A DNA stretch of 44,842 nucleotides from Candidatus Woesearchaeota archaeon (GCA_016180275.1 JACPBN010000005.1:1-44842); one strand, 5' to 3'; numbered from the stretch's first letter, positions 19,122 to 29,163 are shown. Program-made: numbers and translations. Notes: generated from the sequence alone by a model not told the origin.

Positions 19122-19384
19122 CGTAATTTAACACCTTTTGCAAGTATTTTCTTTATCCCTTCTGGATCATATGTCCAAAGAATGCACCCATCTTTGTCTA
19201 TGATTATCTTTCCGGAATGCTCCAAATAGTCTAAAATCACCTGAAAAGTCTGGTACATCATCTTTTTAGGCAGCTTTTTCCAAAGCTGGTATTTTCCGCA
19301 CTCCTGGCTATATTTTTGTATAGTTTTCTCTACCATTATCACTGATTCTAATGTCGGACTATGTAAAAGAGTTGTTTGCGACAT
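19118..19384 (-). CDS. Putative antitoxin / small winged-helix-like protein
   Basis: 88 aa, lying directly upstream of and overlapping the RelE-like gene (19118-19121). No strong motif, so the call rests on context. Confidence 0.45.
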   Translation of the reverse strand: MSQTTLLHSPTLESVIMVEKTIQKYSQECGKYQLWKKLPKKMMYQTFQVILDYLEHSGKIIIDKDGCILWTYDPEGIKKILAKGVKLR

Positions 19385-19500
19385 ATTATATAAGTATATA
19401 TAAGAAGAAATATATAAATATTCCTATTCTCCAGTATACACATACTTTATTTGAGTTATTATCCAATATCTTTAAATACTTTATTTTGATTACACTCAAT

Positions 19501-20703
19501 ATGGCAGTCAACGTAGATTTGTCCAACGTAAAGGTAAAATATGATATTCCGCATATAGTCGAAAAGCTAAAGACAAAAGTCAAGGAACTGCAGCCTTCAT
19601 TTATCAGCCATAATACAGATTTTAAGCTGATTAATGAACTAAAAAAAAAGTATGACAAATTTGAAAATATTGTATTAATTGGCAATGGCGGCTCTGTAAC
19701 AAGCTTTCATGCATTTCATAAAGCTTTTTCCCACAAGCTAAAGAAGAGGGTTTTTGTAGTAACCACAATGCAGCCAGAAGTGATTTCTTTTGTAAAAGAG
19801 GATTTTCCACCAAAAAATACATTGTTGATCGCGATAAGCAAGTCAGGCAATACTGTGGCGGTAATTGAGGCATTGCTTGCATTGCAGGAAAACAACGAAT
19901 ATAAATGTCTTGTAATAACATCAAAACAAGGAGCTTTATGGCAGATTGCTGAGAAAAATAAATATCTTGCATTAGAGCATCCTGAGATTGGAGGAAGGTT
20001 TTCTGGCACAAGTGAAGTTGCTTATCTGCCTGCTGCTTTATGCGGAATAGATATTAAGAAGATAGCTGAGTCTTCTGAAAAACTATACAATAAGTTCTAT
20101 AATATTGACAACAGGAATACTGCTGCTCAGACTGCTCTTGCCTTATCTTCATTGGAATATAATGGAGTTACTGAAATTTTTATGCCAATCTATTCTGCAC
20201 AATTAGATGGCTTTGGCAATTTGATTGTGCAATTGCTGCATGAAAGTGTGTGCAAGCTTGGCAGAGGCCAGACAATTTATTTCAGCTCTGCTCCAGAAAG
20301 CCAGCATCACACAAACCAAAGGTTTTTCGGAGGAAGGAGAAATGTTGCTGGCATGTTCTTGCGTACGAAAGATTCTGAGAATGAAGTCAAATTGAAAATT
20401 TCCAACAAGCTCCAGAAGGTTCAGCTTAATGATGCAACATTGAAGATCCTGCAGGGAGAAAAGCTCTCTAAAGCATTAGAATATGAGTTTTCAGGTGTTT
20501 ACCAGAATGCAATCAGAAAGAATATCCCTGTGATAGATGTTTCTGTCGATACAGCAGATGAAAAGAATCTAGGTGAGCTTATCGCGTTCTGGCAGCTGGT
20601 TGCTGTATATTCTGCCCTATTGAGAGACGTTGACCCATTTGACCAGCCTGCTGTTGAAGCTTCTAAGCAGATAAGCTTTGAGCTGAGGAAAAACAAGCGA
20701 TGA
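19501..20703 (+). CDS. pgi: Glucose-6-phosphate isomerase (SIS-domain PGI)
   Basis: LIGNGGSVTSF, AISKSGNTVAVIEA, EIGGRFSGTSEV and DQPAVEASK. Start moved to the ATG at 19501, because the upstream 50 codons overlap the divergent gene and its promoter. Confidence 0.8.
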   Translation: MAVNVDLSNVKVKYDIPHIVEKLKTKVKELQPSFISHNTDFKLINELKKKYDKFENIVLIGNGGSVTSFHAFHKAFSHKLKKRVFVVTTMQPEVISFVKEDFPPKNTLLIAISKSGNTVAVIEALLALQENNEYKCLVITSKQGALWQIAEKNKYLALEHPEIGGRFSGTSEVAYLPAALCGIDIKKIAESSEKLYNKFYNIDNRNTAAQTALALSSLEYNGVTEIFMPIYSAQLDGFGNLIVQLLHESVCKLGRGQTIYFSSAPESQHHTNQRFFGGRRNVAGMFLRTKDSENEVKLKISNKLQKVQLNDATLKILQGEKLSKALEYEFSGVYQNAIRKNIPVIDVSVDTADEKNLGELIAFWQLVAVYSALLRDVDPFDQPAVEASKQISFELRKNKR

Positions 20704-20744
20704 TTATATACCCTCCTATTTTTTGAAAGTTATGTTTTAATAAT

Positions 20745-21458
20745 ATGGAAATGTCAACACTAATTTGGATAATAGTTGGAATTACTATAGGTTTCTTAAT
20801 TGGTAGATGGATTTATGACAAAGCAAAATGGTCTGATAAGAAGAAAGCCATTGATGCCGAATGGAGATTAAAATTAGAGACAGTAGATAATCAATATAAA
20901 AATAAAATTCTTGAGCTTCAAAAAAATACTGAATTAACCATAAAGAAATTAGCACATACTTGGGAATTAAAGTACACAAGTGACTTAGCAGAAATAAAGG
21001 ATCTTGTACAAAGTGCTGAAAAATATATGAGACATGACGCGATTAAACGTTCAAAAAGAACTCTTTTAGGTAAACTATGGGAACACGTTAGTCCATATTT
21101 GCCTAAGTTTCCATTTAGACCATCAGATATGAAATTTTTAGGATCACCGATAGATTTTATTATTTTTGATGGTGCATCTGAAAATGATATTAAGGAAGTT
21201 ATTTTTCTGGAAGTTAAAAGTGGTGATAGTACTTTAAGTAGTCAAGAAAGAAAACTAAAAAAAGCAATCGAAGAAGGAAAAGTATCTTGGAAATTATTTA
21301 ATGTTAAGAAACCTGAAGAGATTAGAGTTCAGGAAGAGGAAGATAACGAAAAGATAGCAGATGAGATAACACCTAATGAATTATATGAAAATATAGACAT
21401 AAAGATAAAATCCGTCAAGTCTGAAGATAATTCTGAAAATGAGAATAAAAATACTTAA
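20745..21458 (+). CDS. Membrane-anchored endonuclease related to archaeal Holliday-junction resolvase (COG4741-like)
   Basis: N-terminal TM helix LIWIIVGITIGFLIGRWIY, then a coiled coil. The C-terminal PD-(D/E)xK-like core is IDFIIFDG...VIFLEVKSG...SQERKLKKAIE. The tail is acidic. Confidence 0.6.
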   Translation: MEMSTLIWIIVGITIGFLIGRWIYDKAKWSDKKKAIDAEWRLKLETVDNQYKNKILELQKNTELTIKKLAHTWELKYTSDLAEIKDLVQSAEKYMRHDAIKRSKRTLLGKLWEHVSPYLPKFPFRPSDMKFLGSPIDFIIFDGASENDIKEVIFLEVKSGDSTLSSQERKLKKAIEEGKVSWKLFNVKKPEEIRVQEEEDNEKIADEITPNELYENIDIKIKSVKSEDNSENENKNT

Positions 21459-21461
21459 CTA

Positions 21462-23414
21462 TCACTTAAACACATACCCCAATTTAAGCTTCTCTGTGAT
21501 TACTCTCAGTTTATTATATATCTGCTGCGATGATGGATGCTTCTCTTCCCTTAATTTCTCATACAGGTCTTTTGCCTGCATGTAATAGTTGAATGCTTCC
21601 TCTCTTGAATTCCTATTCAATGCATGCTCTGCGCGAGAGAGCAGTTTTTCTATGCTGCCGTCATTTTTTGACAAAGAATGCTTTGTCCTGTAGAGTAATT
21701 TATGCAAGAGGTGCTTTTTGGTAAAGCCCTGTAAAAACATTATGGCTGAGAACAAGACAACAGAGAATACACCTAATAAGATAACTGTATCCTTGACAGC
21801 AAAAAGATCTGCCTGGAATAAGATCGTATTTTTTAATATGCTTTCACTTACTACAAAAGGATTATACTGTGCAATGTTCCTGATATATTCAGGCATGCTT
21901 TCCAACGGAAGGATCAAGTTAGATAATAATAATGCAACGCTTCCAAATGAGATGCTTGCAAGTATAGCTGTTTCCTGTGTGTTAAAGACATAGCCTATAA
22001 GCATGCCAATAAGAGTAAATACTGTTGTTATAAGCACGACTGCGAGATAGATGTTAAGCAGATTGTCTATTGGCAATGTGTTGAAGAAATATGCTGCAAC
22101 TGCAAGTATCACGATCATCTGCACAAGGACAAGTATCAAGGTGCTGAAGTATGTTGCAACAACAAATACAATGTCCCTTGTAGGTGTGATAAAATTCCTG
22201 AAATAGCTTGGAGAAGTTTTTTCCATCATCACAATTGTGGTAGAGAGCAAGAGAGCAATGAACATTATCACTAAAGCGATCAATCCAGAGAAGATATAGT
22301 TAAGATGCGTTTTTTCTGCAAGCAGAGGCATGATCTTTGTGATTATAGGCGATGCTATCTTTTCTGCGCTTGTTACCTGGATTGTGCCGATGTTTGCAAG
22401 GATAGTATTTATGGATGTTTCTAATGCTCCTGTTTTTTCTGAGCTTGTCTTTAACGCTTCATCGATTGATTTTGAGTTTGCATTTACTGCTGCAAGCGAA
22501 GATCTTGAATTATCTATGTTCTGCTTTAATTGAGTGACTAAGTCATTGACTTCCTTCCAGCTTGCATCTGTCGTGTTGACTGAAGTGCTTAGCCTGTATT
22601 CGATGCTCTCTGCATTTCCTATAGAGATATCAACATTATTCTTGAGAGAAGTTTTAGTGTCATCTGTAACATTTGGCAAAAGGTCTATTGCTGTCTTTAC
22701 GCCAGAAAGCTTTGATTTTATTTCAGCCACTCTTGTGCCAGTATCTGTCTTAAAGAGAGTGAATGTATCTCTTACTTTATCGTTTGCAGATCCTACAGTA
22801 TCAGCATTTCCGCTCAATCCATCCAATGCCTTGCTGACCTTCCCTGAATTATCAACCAGCTCTTTATTCTTGGCAGTAAGCTCAGTATTCTTGTCTTTAG
22901 TTTCTTTGACGGTAGCAAGAGATGCTGATAAGGTTGATTTTGTATCTTCGATCTTTGTAAGCAATGTTTGGGTAAGGTCTAAGCTGATAGACTTTGATTC
23001 CTCGCCAAGATTGCTGGACAAAGTATCGACTGCCATATATACAAGATTGACCCTTGAATAATCAGCGACAAAAGTTACTTCATTCTGCTTGTTATCTGAG
23101 GTTTTTAGATCTCCTGGAAATAAGATGCAGAGATGTGAAGTGCCTTGCTTAACGCTTTCTATGCAGGTTGCATTAGAAGAGGATTTTGTGACTGAATATT
23201 TATTATCCACTAATTTCTTTAGGAAAGATTCTGTCAGCTCAGAATACTTGTCTGAATATACACTTACGCTTATGCTGTATTTGTTTGCATTGTTGAAAGC
23301 TGCACCTACCAAAAGCATGACAAGCAACGGCCCAAATATGACTATAAGCGAAGAGGTTCTTGACCTAAGCAAAAGCTTCATATCTTTTTTGATAATCCTT
23401 GCGACTTTTAGCAT
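21462..23414 (-). CDS. ABC-2-type transporter permease with large YhgE/Pip-like extracytoplasmic coiled-coil domain
   Basis: 650 aa. One N-terminal TM, about 330 aa rich in S, T, N and K (coiled-coil-like), then 5-6 TM helices and a roughly 90-aa soluble C-terminal extension. Confidence 0.7.
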   Translation of the reverse strand: MLKVARIIKKDMKLLLRSRTSSLIVIFGPLLVMLLVGAAFNNANKYSISVSVYSDKYSELTESFLKKLVDNKYSVTKSSSNATCIESVKQGTSHLCILFPGDLKTSDNKQNEVTFVADYSRVNLVYMAVDTLSSNLGEESKSISLDLTQTLLTKIEDTKSTLSASLATVKETKDKNTELTAKNKELVDNSGKVSKALDGLSGNADTVGSANDKVRDTFTLFKTDTGTRVAEIKSKLSGVKTAIDLLPNVTDDTKTSLKNNVDISIGNAESIEYRLSTSVNTTDASWKEVNDLVTQLKQNIDNSRSSLAAVNANSKSIDEALKTSSEKTGALETSINTILANIGTIQVTSAEKIASPIITKIMPLLAEKTHLNYIFSGLIALVIMFIALLLSTTIVMMEKTSPSYFRNFITPTRDIVFVVATYFSTLILVLVQMIVILAVAAYFFNTLPIDNLLNIYLAVVLITTVFTLIGMLIGYVFNTQETAILASISFGSVALLLSNLILPLESMPEYIRNIAQYNPFVVSESILKNTILFQADLFAVKDTVILLGVFSVVLFSAIMFLQGFTKKHLLHKLLYRTKHSLSKNDGSIEKLLSRAEHALNRNSREEAFNYYMQAKDLYEKLREEKHPSSQQIYNKLRVITEKLKLGYVFK

Positions 23415-23490
23415 TTTATTATTATTCTCATTATTTTTCTACTAATTATCTTTGTAGTGGTTTTCTTTTTATTTGTTATTTTTTGAGGGA

Positions 23491-24450
23491 TTATTTTTCT
23501 TGTGTTAGTGAAGCAAACACTTCATTAAGGCTGGGCTTGCTCACATACAAGTCAGCCAGTTTTTGTTTTGTGATATGTAAGGTATGCAGCACATAATGTA
23601 ATGCAGCATCTGGTGTTGGAGTGTGTAAAATTAACCTATTATCTTGAACTTCTGAATTTGTAATTATATTTTTATATGCTTTAAGACTGGCAATTATCTG
23701 TTTATAATCAGCATGTTCTGTTTCAAGATGTATTTGATAATTTTTAGAAAAATTGTCTTTTAGTTCATCTGGATTGCCTGTAGCTACTATCTGCGCATTA
23801 TGCAATATTGCCATGTTATGGCAAGTATGTTCAAGCTCTTCTAAGAAATGAGATGCAATTATAACTGTAGTGCCATTTTCATTTATTCTCTTAATTAAAT
23901 CCCATGTCTGCTTTCTTAACATTGGATCTAAATCAGATGTTGGCTCATCTAAGATTAGGACTTTTGGTGAATGAATTAAAGCGCATGCAATACTTAATCG
24001 TTTTTGCATTCCGCCAGAAAGATTTACCGCAAGCCTTGTCCTTGAGTCTTCAAGCATAGTTAATTTCAGAAGCTGTTGTATGCTCTCATGTTTTTGTTTT
24101 CTTGAAATATTATACAAGCTGCCAAAATGATCGAGATTTTCCTCAACTGTGAGCCTTGGATATACGCTAGCTTGCTGGCTTGCAAATCCAAATAAGCTGT
24201 TTACTCTCAAAGGATGCTTATATACAGATTTATAATCATTGCCGTCTTTAAACAAGACATCTCCTTCCTCTGGTTGATAAAATCCTATGATAGAATTTAG
24301 AATTGTAGTTTTGCCTGAGCCAGACAGTCCTATAATGCCAAATATCTCTCCTTGCCTGATTGTCATATTAAGCTTATCAAGTACAAGTTTTTGGCCAAAT
24401 TCCTTTCTGAAGTCTTTAAGGACTATAATAGCCTCTTTAGTAACAGTCAT
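23491..24450 (-). CDS. ABC transporter ATP-binding protein
   Basis: Walker A is GLSGSGKTT, the signature is LSGGMQKR and Walker B is LILDEPTSDLD. It sits upstream of the permease on the same strand. Confidence 0.9.
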   Translation of the reverse strand: MTVTKEAIIVLKDFRKEFGQKLVLDKLNMTIRQGEIFGIIGLSGSGKTTILNSIIGFYQPEEGDVLFKDGNDYKSVYKHPLRVNSLFGFASQQASVYPRLTVEENLDHFGSLYNISRKQKHESIQQLLKLTMLEDSRTRLAVNLSGGMQKRLSIACALIHSPKVLILDEPTSDLDPMLRKQTWDLIKRINENGTTVIIASHFLEELEHTCHNMAILHNAQIVATGNPDELKDNFSKNYQIHLETEHADYKQIIASLKAYKNIITNSEVQDNRLILHTPTPDAALHYVLHTLHITKQKLADLYVSKPSLNEVFASLTQEK

Positions 24451-24590
24451 TATAACCTCTTTTCAGTTTGATTCATGCTGAATTCTCTTACTGTATTTTA
24501 AATGTTGTCAACTATTTAAAGTTTGCTGCCCCAAAAGCAATTTTGTAAGTACAAAAGATTTAAATAGTAGTTATGATATAATAACAATCT

Positions 24591-24620
24591 ACTTTAAAGT
24601 GGTATTATGTACTTTAAAGT
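24591..24620. promoter_or_regulatory. Two copies of the perfect 10-bp palindrome ACTTTAAAGT spaced 20 bp centre-to-centre (candidate operator)
   Basis: 24591-24600 and 24611-24620 are identical and self-complementary. They lie in the divergent intergenic region between the ABC ATPase and the TrmB-family gene. Confidence 0.5.
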
Positions 24621-24736
24621 AAATAACCCCATTAATGAGTTGTTAGTTAATGCACTAGAGCAGGGTAAAAAATAGTAACATATTAATAGTAGTAGTTTCA
24701 TTTTATCCTGCAGTAATAAAAAAGGGGGAGAGCACT

Positions 24737-25561
24737 ATGATTGTAAAAGAAGAATTTTTAAGCAAATTAAGAAGATATTTTGGATTAAATCTATATGAAG
24801 TCAAAATATGGACAGCACTACTTTCTCGCGGTGTATCAACTGCAGGAGAGCTAAGCGACATAGGAAACGTACCTAGATCAAGAAGTTACGATGTTCTTGA
24901 AAGTCTCGAAAAAAAAGGCTTTGTTATTATGAAACTTGGCAAGCCAATTAAATATGTGGCTGTTGCTCCAAATGAAGTTGTAGAGCGTGTTAAGAAAAAC
25001 ATGAAAGAAGATGCAGAAGAGCGCATTATACGTTTAGATAACATGAAGAGTACAGAAGTAATAGGCGAACTAAATACATTGCATACCCAAGGCATAGAAC
25101 TTGTTGAGCCAACTGAACTTTCTGGAAGCTTGCGTGGCAGGCACAATTTGTACAATCATCTTGAACTGACAATCAGAGGAGCAGAAGAAAATGTTACTCT
25201 GATGACAACAAGTCAAGGCTTGATAAGAAAGGTAGATAGTTTAAAGCCAACTTTTGAAAAGTTAAAAAAACGCGGTGTCAAGATAAGAATTGCGGCTCCA
25301 ATAACAAAGGAATGCAGGAATGCTGTAAAAGATTTGTCAGAAGTTGCTGAGGTTAAGCATATTGACAAGATAAGTGCAAGATTCTGCGTTGTTGACAGTA
25401 AAGAGCTTATATTTATGGTATTGGACGACAAGGAAGTTCATCCAACATATGATGTAGGCATATGGGTTAACACGCCTTTCTTTGCAAGCGCATTGGAGAA
25501 CTTGTTTGATATCGCATGGAAAGACTTAAAGCCTGCATTGCAGATAGTTAAAGTGCAGTAA
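24737..25561 (+). CDS. trmB: TrmB-family transcriptional regulator
   Basis: The N-terminal wHTH is LYEVKIWTALLSRGVSTAGELSDIGNVPRSRSYDVLESLEKKGFV. The 274-aa length allows a C-terminal effector domain. SD is GGGGGAG. Confidence 0.8.
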   Translation: MIVKEEFLSKLRRYFGLNLYEVKIWTALLSRGVSTAGELSDIGNVPRSRSYDVLESLEKKGFVIMKLGKPIKYVAVAPNEVVERVKKNMKEDAEERIIRLDNMKSTEVIGELNTLHTQGIELVEPTELSGSLRGRHNLYNHLELTIRGAEENVTLMTTSQGLIRKVDSLKPTFEKLKKRGVKIRIAAPITKECRNAVKDLSEVAEVKHIDKISARFCVVDSKELIFMVLDDKEVHPTYDVGIWVNTPFFASALENLFDIAWKDLKPALQIVKVQ

Positions 25562-25660
25562 GCACTTATTTTTTCTTTTCATTTTAAATTCTTACAATTA
25601 GTTTTATTACATTATTTTTTAACATTATAATTTATAAACTTCCTGTTATTTCTATGAATA

Positions 25661-25933
25661 ATGGATAAAGCCGATAAACTAAAACTAACCAAATTAAGAG
25701 CTCAAATAGACAGCATAGACAAAAATATGCTAAAGCTAATCAAGAAACGTTTTCTTTTAACAGCAAATATTGGTAAGATTAAAGCAAGAAACTTTACACC
25801 TATATTTGACAAAAAAAGGGAGCAACAAATCAAGCTTCGCATCAAAAGATTCTGCAACGAAAACAATTTAAATGGAGAGAAGATTACACAAGTATTTGAA
25901 AAGATACTTGAGATAACAAGGGGTAGGAAATAA
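25661..25933 (+). CDS. aroQ: Chorismate mutase (AroQ class, stand-alone)
   Basis: 90 aa. LRAQIDSIDKNMLKLIKKRFLLTANIGKIK...PIFDKKREQQI matches the AroQ helical pattern. Confidence 0.8.
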   Translation: MDKADKLKLTKLRAQIDSIDKNMLKLIKKRFLLTANIGKIKARNFTPIFDKKREQQIKLRIKRFCNENNLNGEKITQVFEKILEITRGRK

Positions 25934-25979
25934 TTAAGATTAGCAAAATTTTATAATTATTCGAATTTATGAGGCCATT

Positions 25980-26816
25980 ATGCAAAAGCTAAATAACCCA
26001 GAGCAGCTTAAAAAAATAGCTAATTCTCTTCGTAAAGTTATTGTTGAGATGGTGCATCGCGCGCAGTCTGGCCATCCTGGAGGCAGTTTAAGCGCAATTG
26101 ATATATTAACAGTGCTTTATTATTACAAGCTTCATCATGACCCTAAAAACCCAAAATGGCAGGATAGGGACAGATTTGTTTTAAGCAAAGGCCATTGCAC
26201 ACCTGCAATTTATGCTATATTGGCAGAGCTTGGATATTTTCCAAAAGAAGAGCTGCTTGGCTACAGAAAAATAAATGCATTGCTGCAGGGCCATACTTCA
26301 ATACATATTCATGGAATTGAGATGAGCGCAGGCAGCTTAGGCCAAGGACTTAGTTATGGAAATGGGATAGCATTTGCTGCAAGATTGGACAAGAAAGATT
26401 ACAAGGTTTATGTCATGATAGGAGATGGCGAAACACAGGAAGGCCAGGTTTGGGAAGCTGCCCAGACAGCAGGAGTGCATAAATTGGATAATATGGTTGT
26501 TTTGCTTGACAGGAACAAGATTCAAAATGATTGGTTTGTGGAGAAGACAAAAAGCATTGAGCCAATTGCTGACAAATGGAAAGCTTTTAACTGGCACGTG
26601 ATTGAGATAGATGGCCATGATGTAAAGCAGATAATGAAAGCGCTTGATGATGCTAATAATCCGGCTATCGTCAATGGAAAGCCATGTGTGATAATTGCGC
26701 AGACAGTCAAAGGCAAAGGAGTTTCATTCATGGAGAATAATCCAGATTTCCATGGCAAAGCGCCTAATGATGCTGAATTCAAGCAGGCGATGGAAGAGTT
26801 GAATAAGTTAGGATAA
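25980..26816 (+). CDS. tktA: Transketolase, N-terminal (TPP-binding) subunit
   Basis: SGHPGGSLS, LSKGHC and the GDGETQEGQVWEA TPP motif. The split-gene form is as in many archaea. Confidence 0.9.
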   Translation: MQKLNNPEQLKKIANSLRKVIVEMVHRAQSGHPGGSLSAIDILTVLYYYKLHHDPKNPKWQDRDRFVLSKGHCTPAIYAILAELGYFPKEELLGYRKINALLQGHTSIHIHGIEMSAGSLGQGLSYGNGIAFAARLDKKDYKVYVMIGDGETQEGQVWEAAQTAGVHKLDNMVVLLDRNKIQNDWFVEKTKSIEPIADKWKAFNWHVIEIDGHDVKQIMKALDDANNPAIVNGKPCVIIAQTVKGKGVSFMENNPDFHGKAPNDAEFKQAMEELNKLG

Positions 26817-26882
26817 TAAGAATAAAATAATTAATTATGATTAAAGTTAGTGTAATAAATATAATAAAACAAGTGAGCAAAA

Positions 26883-27824
26883 ATGCCAGAGATGATCGCA
26901 ACAAGAGATGGTTTTGGAAAAGCTTTGTTAAATTTGGGCAGAGAAAACAAGTTAGTTGTTAATCTTGAAGCTGATCTAGGCAAGAGCACAAAGAGCATTC
27001 TCTTTGCAAAAGAATTTCCTGATCGTACAATCAATTTTGGTATTTCTGAACAGGATATGATAACAACTGCTGCTGGCTTGGCATATTCAGGCAAGATTCC
27101 GTTTGCAAGCACTTTTGCAATCTTTACAGAGAGAGCTTTTGAGCAGATAAGGAATTCAGTTGCTCGAGTCAATCTTAATGTGAAGATCGTCGGAAGCCAT
27201 TCTGGATTATTGACAGGAGATGATGGAGACAGCGCCCAGTGCATAGAAGACCTATCTGTTTACAGAAGTTTGCCGAACATGGTAGTCTTATCTCCAGCTG
27301 ATGCAGTTGAGACAGAGAAAGCAACTTATGCGATGGCAGAGCATGTTGGCCCGATGTATTTAAGGACTGGCAGAGAAAAGATCCCTGTCTTGTTTGACGC
27401 GAATTATAAGTTTGAGTTAGGCAAAGGTGTGCTGTTAAGAGATGGCAAAGATGTGACACTATTTGCCACTGGCCCATTGGTTTCAATTGCTTTAGATGCA
27501 GCCAAATTGTTAGAGCAAGAAAAGATTTATGCAAGAGTGATCAACATCCATACAATAAAGCCGATTGACAAAGATTTGATAATAAAAGCAGCAACAGAAA
27601 CAAAAGCAATAGTTACGGCAGAGGATCATAATACAATCGGTGGCTTGGGAAGCGCAGTTTCTGAAGTTCTTACAGAGTATGCTCTTGCTCCTTTGGAGAG
27701 AGTAGGCGTTAAAGACAGGTTTGGAGAGAGCGGCAAGCCAGCTGAATTGTATAAAAAGTATGGATTAACTGCTGAAGAGATTGTCAAACACGCAAAGAAA
27801 GCGATCGCAAGAAAGAGAGTTTGA
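26883..27824 (+). CDS. tktB: Transketolase, C-terminal (pyrimidine-binding) subunit
   Basis: FGISEQDMITTAAGLA and SHSGLLTGDDGDSAQCIEDL. It immediately follows the N-terminal subunit. Confidence 0.9.
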   Translation: MPEMIATRDGFGKALLNLGRENKLVVNLEADLGKSTKSILFAKEFPDRTINFGISEQDMITTAAGLAYSGKIPFASTFAIFTERAFEQIRNSVARVNLNVKIVGSHSGLLTGDDGDSAQCIEDLSVYRSLPNMVVLSPADAVETEKATYAMAEHVGPMYLRTGREKIPVLFDANYKFELGKGVLLRDGKDVTLFATGPLVSIALDAAKLLEQEKIYARVINIHTIKPIDKDLIIKAATETKAIVTAEDHNTIGGLGSAVSEVLTEYALAPLERVGVKDRFGESGKPAELYKKYGLTAEEIVKHAKKAIARKRV

Positions 27825-27999
27825 TGAGTTCTAGTATTAATATTAACAATAGGGTAAAACAGTTAAATGCTTATTTTAATTGATAACTGCTAGTTATAAC
27901 CAAACTATGTAGTATATACATAATAATTATATAGCACATTGCACTAAATTAACTTACATAAATACTTAGACATCATAAATTATCCATGGAGGTGATTTT

Positions 28000-28032
28000 A
28001 TGGGTAAAGGCAAAGGTAAAGGGTGTTGTTAG
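28000..28032 (+). CDS. Candidate 10-codon micro-ORF MGKGKGKGCC
   Basis: The strongest SD in the window (GGAGGTGA, 27988-27995) precedes the ATG. T6, T7 and T6 runs follow at 28045-28072. Whether it is translated is unknown. Confidence 0.25.
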   Translation: MGKGKGKGCC

Positions 28033-28140
28033 ATTTCAGATAGGTTTTTTATTTTCTTTTTTTGGATTTTTTATGTATGTTTGAAAATTCTAAGGTAAGT
28101 AATAATTAGCTTTAAATATGATAAGAATATTCTAATTGCT

Positions 28141-28788
28141 ATGGTGCTTCCACTCAACTTTAAGCAGTCAAAAAAGGCAATAGTATTCCTAACATGGGTA
28201 TTTTTGCTATTTTTTTTGCTGGGGTGCAATAGAGCTACTAAAGACACTAATTCGGTTAACATAATTAATCCGTCTGAACAAAAAAATCTTTCCAATTCAG
28301 CAGGCTTGGGCGATGCCGATGTAATTGGGGTAATTGATACAGCTAAACAAAAAGGAATTGCTGGTGTGGCAGAGTTGCGCAATTATTCTATACAAAATAT
28401 TTCCAAAGAACTTGAGGGTACGATGGAAGGAAATTTGGTTGTTTTGGTAATGATACTCAATAAAAGCAATCCTACAGTCTACTCAGTCTTTCCTAAAAAG
28501 ATAAAATTTAACAGAAAACCAAAAACTGCTAATGTGTACTTCTTTCAGCTTTTGGATGCATCAGAAAGAGGGCTTTTTGTTGGCGGAATCCCTGGTTTGG
28601 AATATGCCTATAATCCGAATTTGGATGGAGAGCAGGCCATTCCGGACCATGCCGGCGTTGCTAAGATAGTTTCAAGCAGCGTTTCTTTTATCATAGAATT
28701 TCCTTATTACAGGAATGCAACAATTCTGAGAGTGATTAGGGTAGAGAAAAAGCAATTTACCATTGTCGGGGATGTTATGCTAAAATAA
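28141..28788 (+). CDS. Hypothetical lipoprotein / secreted protein
   Basis: Signal-peptide-like N-terminus with lipobox-like FLLGC. The mature part has no recognised family. Confidence 0.55.
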   Translation: MVLPLNFKQSKKAIVFLTWVFLLFFLLGCNRATKDTNSVNIINPSEQKNLSNSAGLGDADVIGVIDTAKQKGIAGVAELRNYSIQNISKELEGTMEGNLVVLVMILNKSNPTVYSVFPKKIKFNRKPKTANVYFFQLLDASERGLFVGGIPGLEYAYNPNLDGEQAIPDHAGVAKIVSSSVSFIIEFPYYRNATILRVIRVEKKQFTIVGDVMLK

Positions 28789-28920
28789 TGGGAATCAGCA
28801 GGCTCCAAGAAGAAGAAAAGAAATAAGAGAAGTTATACTATATATGCCATTAAAAATTCTCAGAATTTTCAAACATATTATGTCGCAAATTTTATATATT
28901 ACCTGTGTTTTCTAGGCATC

Positions 28921-29001
28921 ATGAAAGCAAGCAAGAACTCTGGAACATTGAATTCAGGAAGTTTTGGCTTAGCTTACAGCTTCTATTATTTTAGCTATTA
29001 A
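28921..29001 (+). CDS. Candidate leader micro-ORF MKASKNSGTLNSGSFGLAYSFYYFSY
   Basis: 26 codons, with 6 of the last 8 residues Phe or Tyr. TATA-like TTTATATA (28892-28899) lies about 25 nt upstream of the ATG, suggesting a leaderless transcript. It is 160 nt upstream of the first DAHP synthase. AT-rich sequence makes a chance F/Y run plausible. Confidence 0.25.
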   Translation: MKASKNSGTLNSGSFGLAYSFYYFSY

Positions 29002-29163
29002 GTCCTCCTGCTGGATGAGGATTGCGCATTGGGTTTCTGGCAGATAGATTAATAAGAAGATAATTCTAACTGCTTTGAAGATGATGCAAAATGCTAGGAT
29101 AATAGGATGGAAAAAAGAGCATGATAACAGAATTAGGATAAACAAAACCACAAAGGTGAGACT

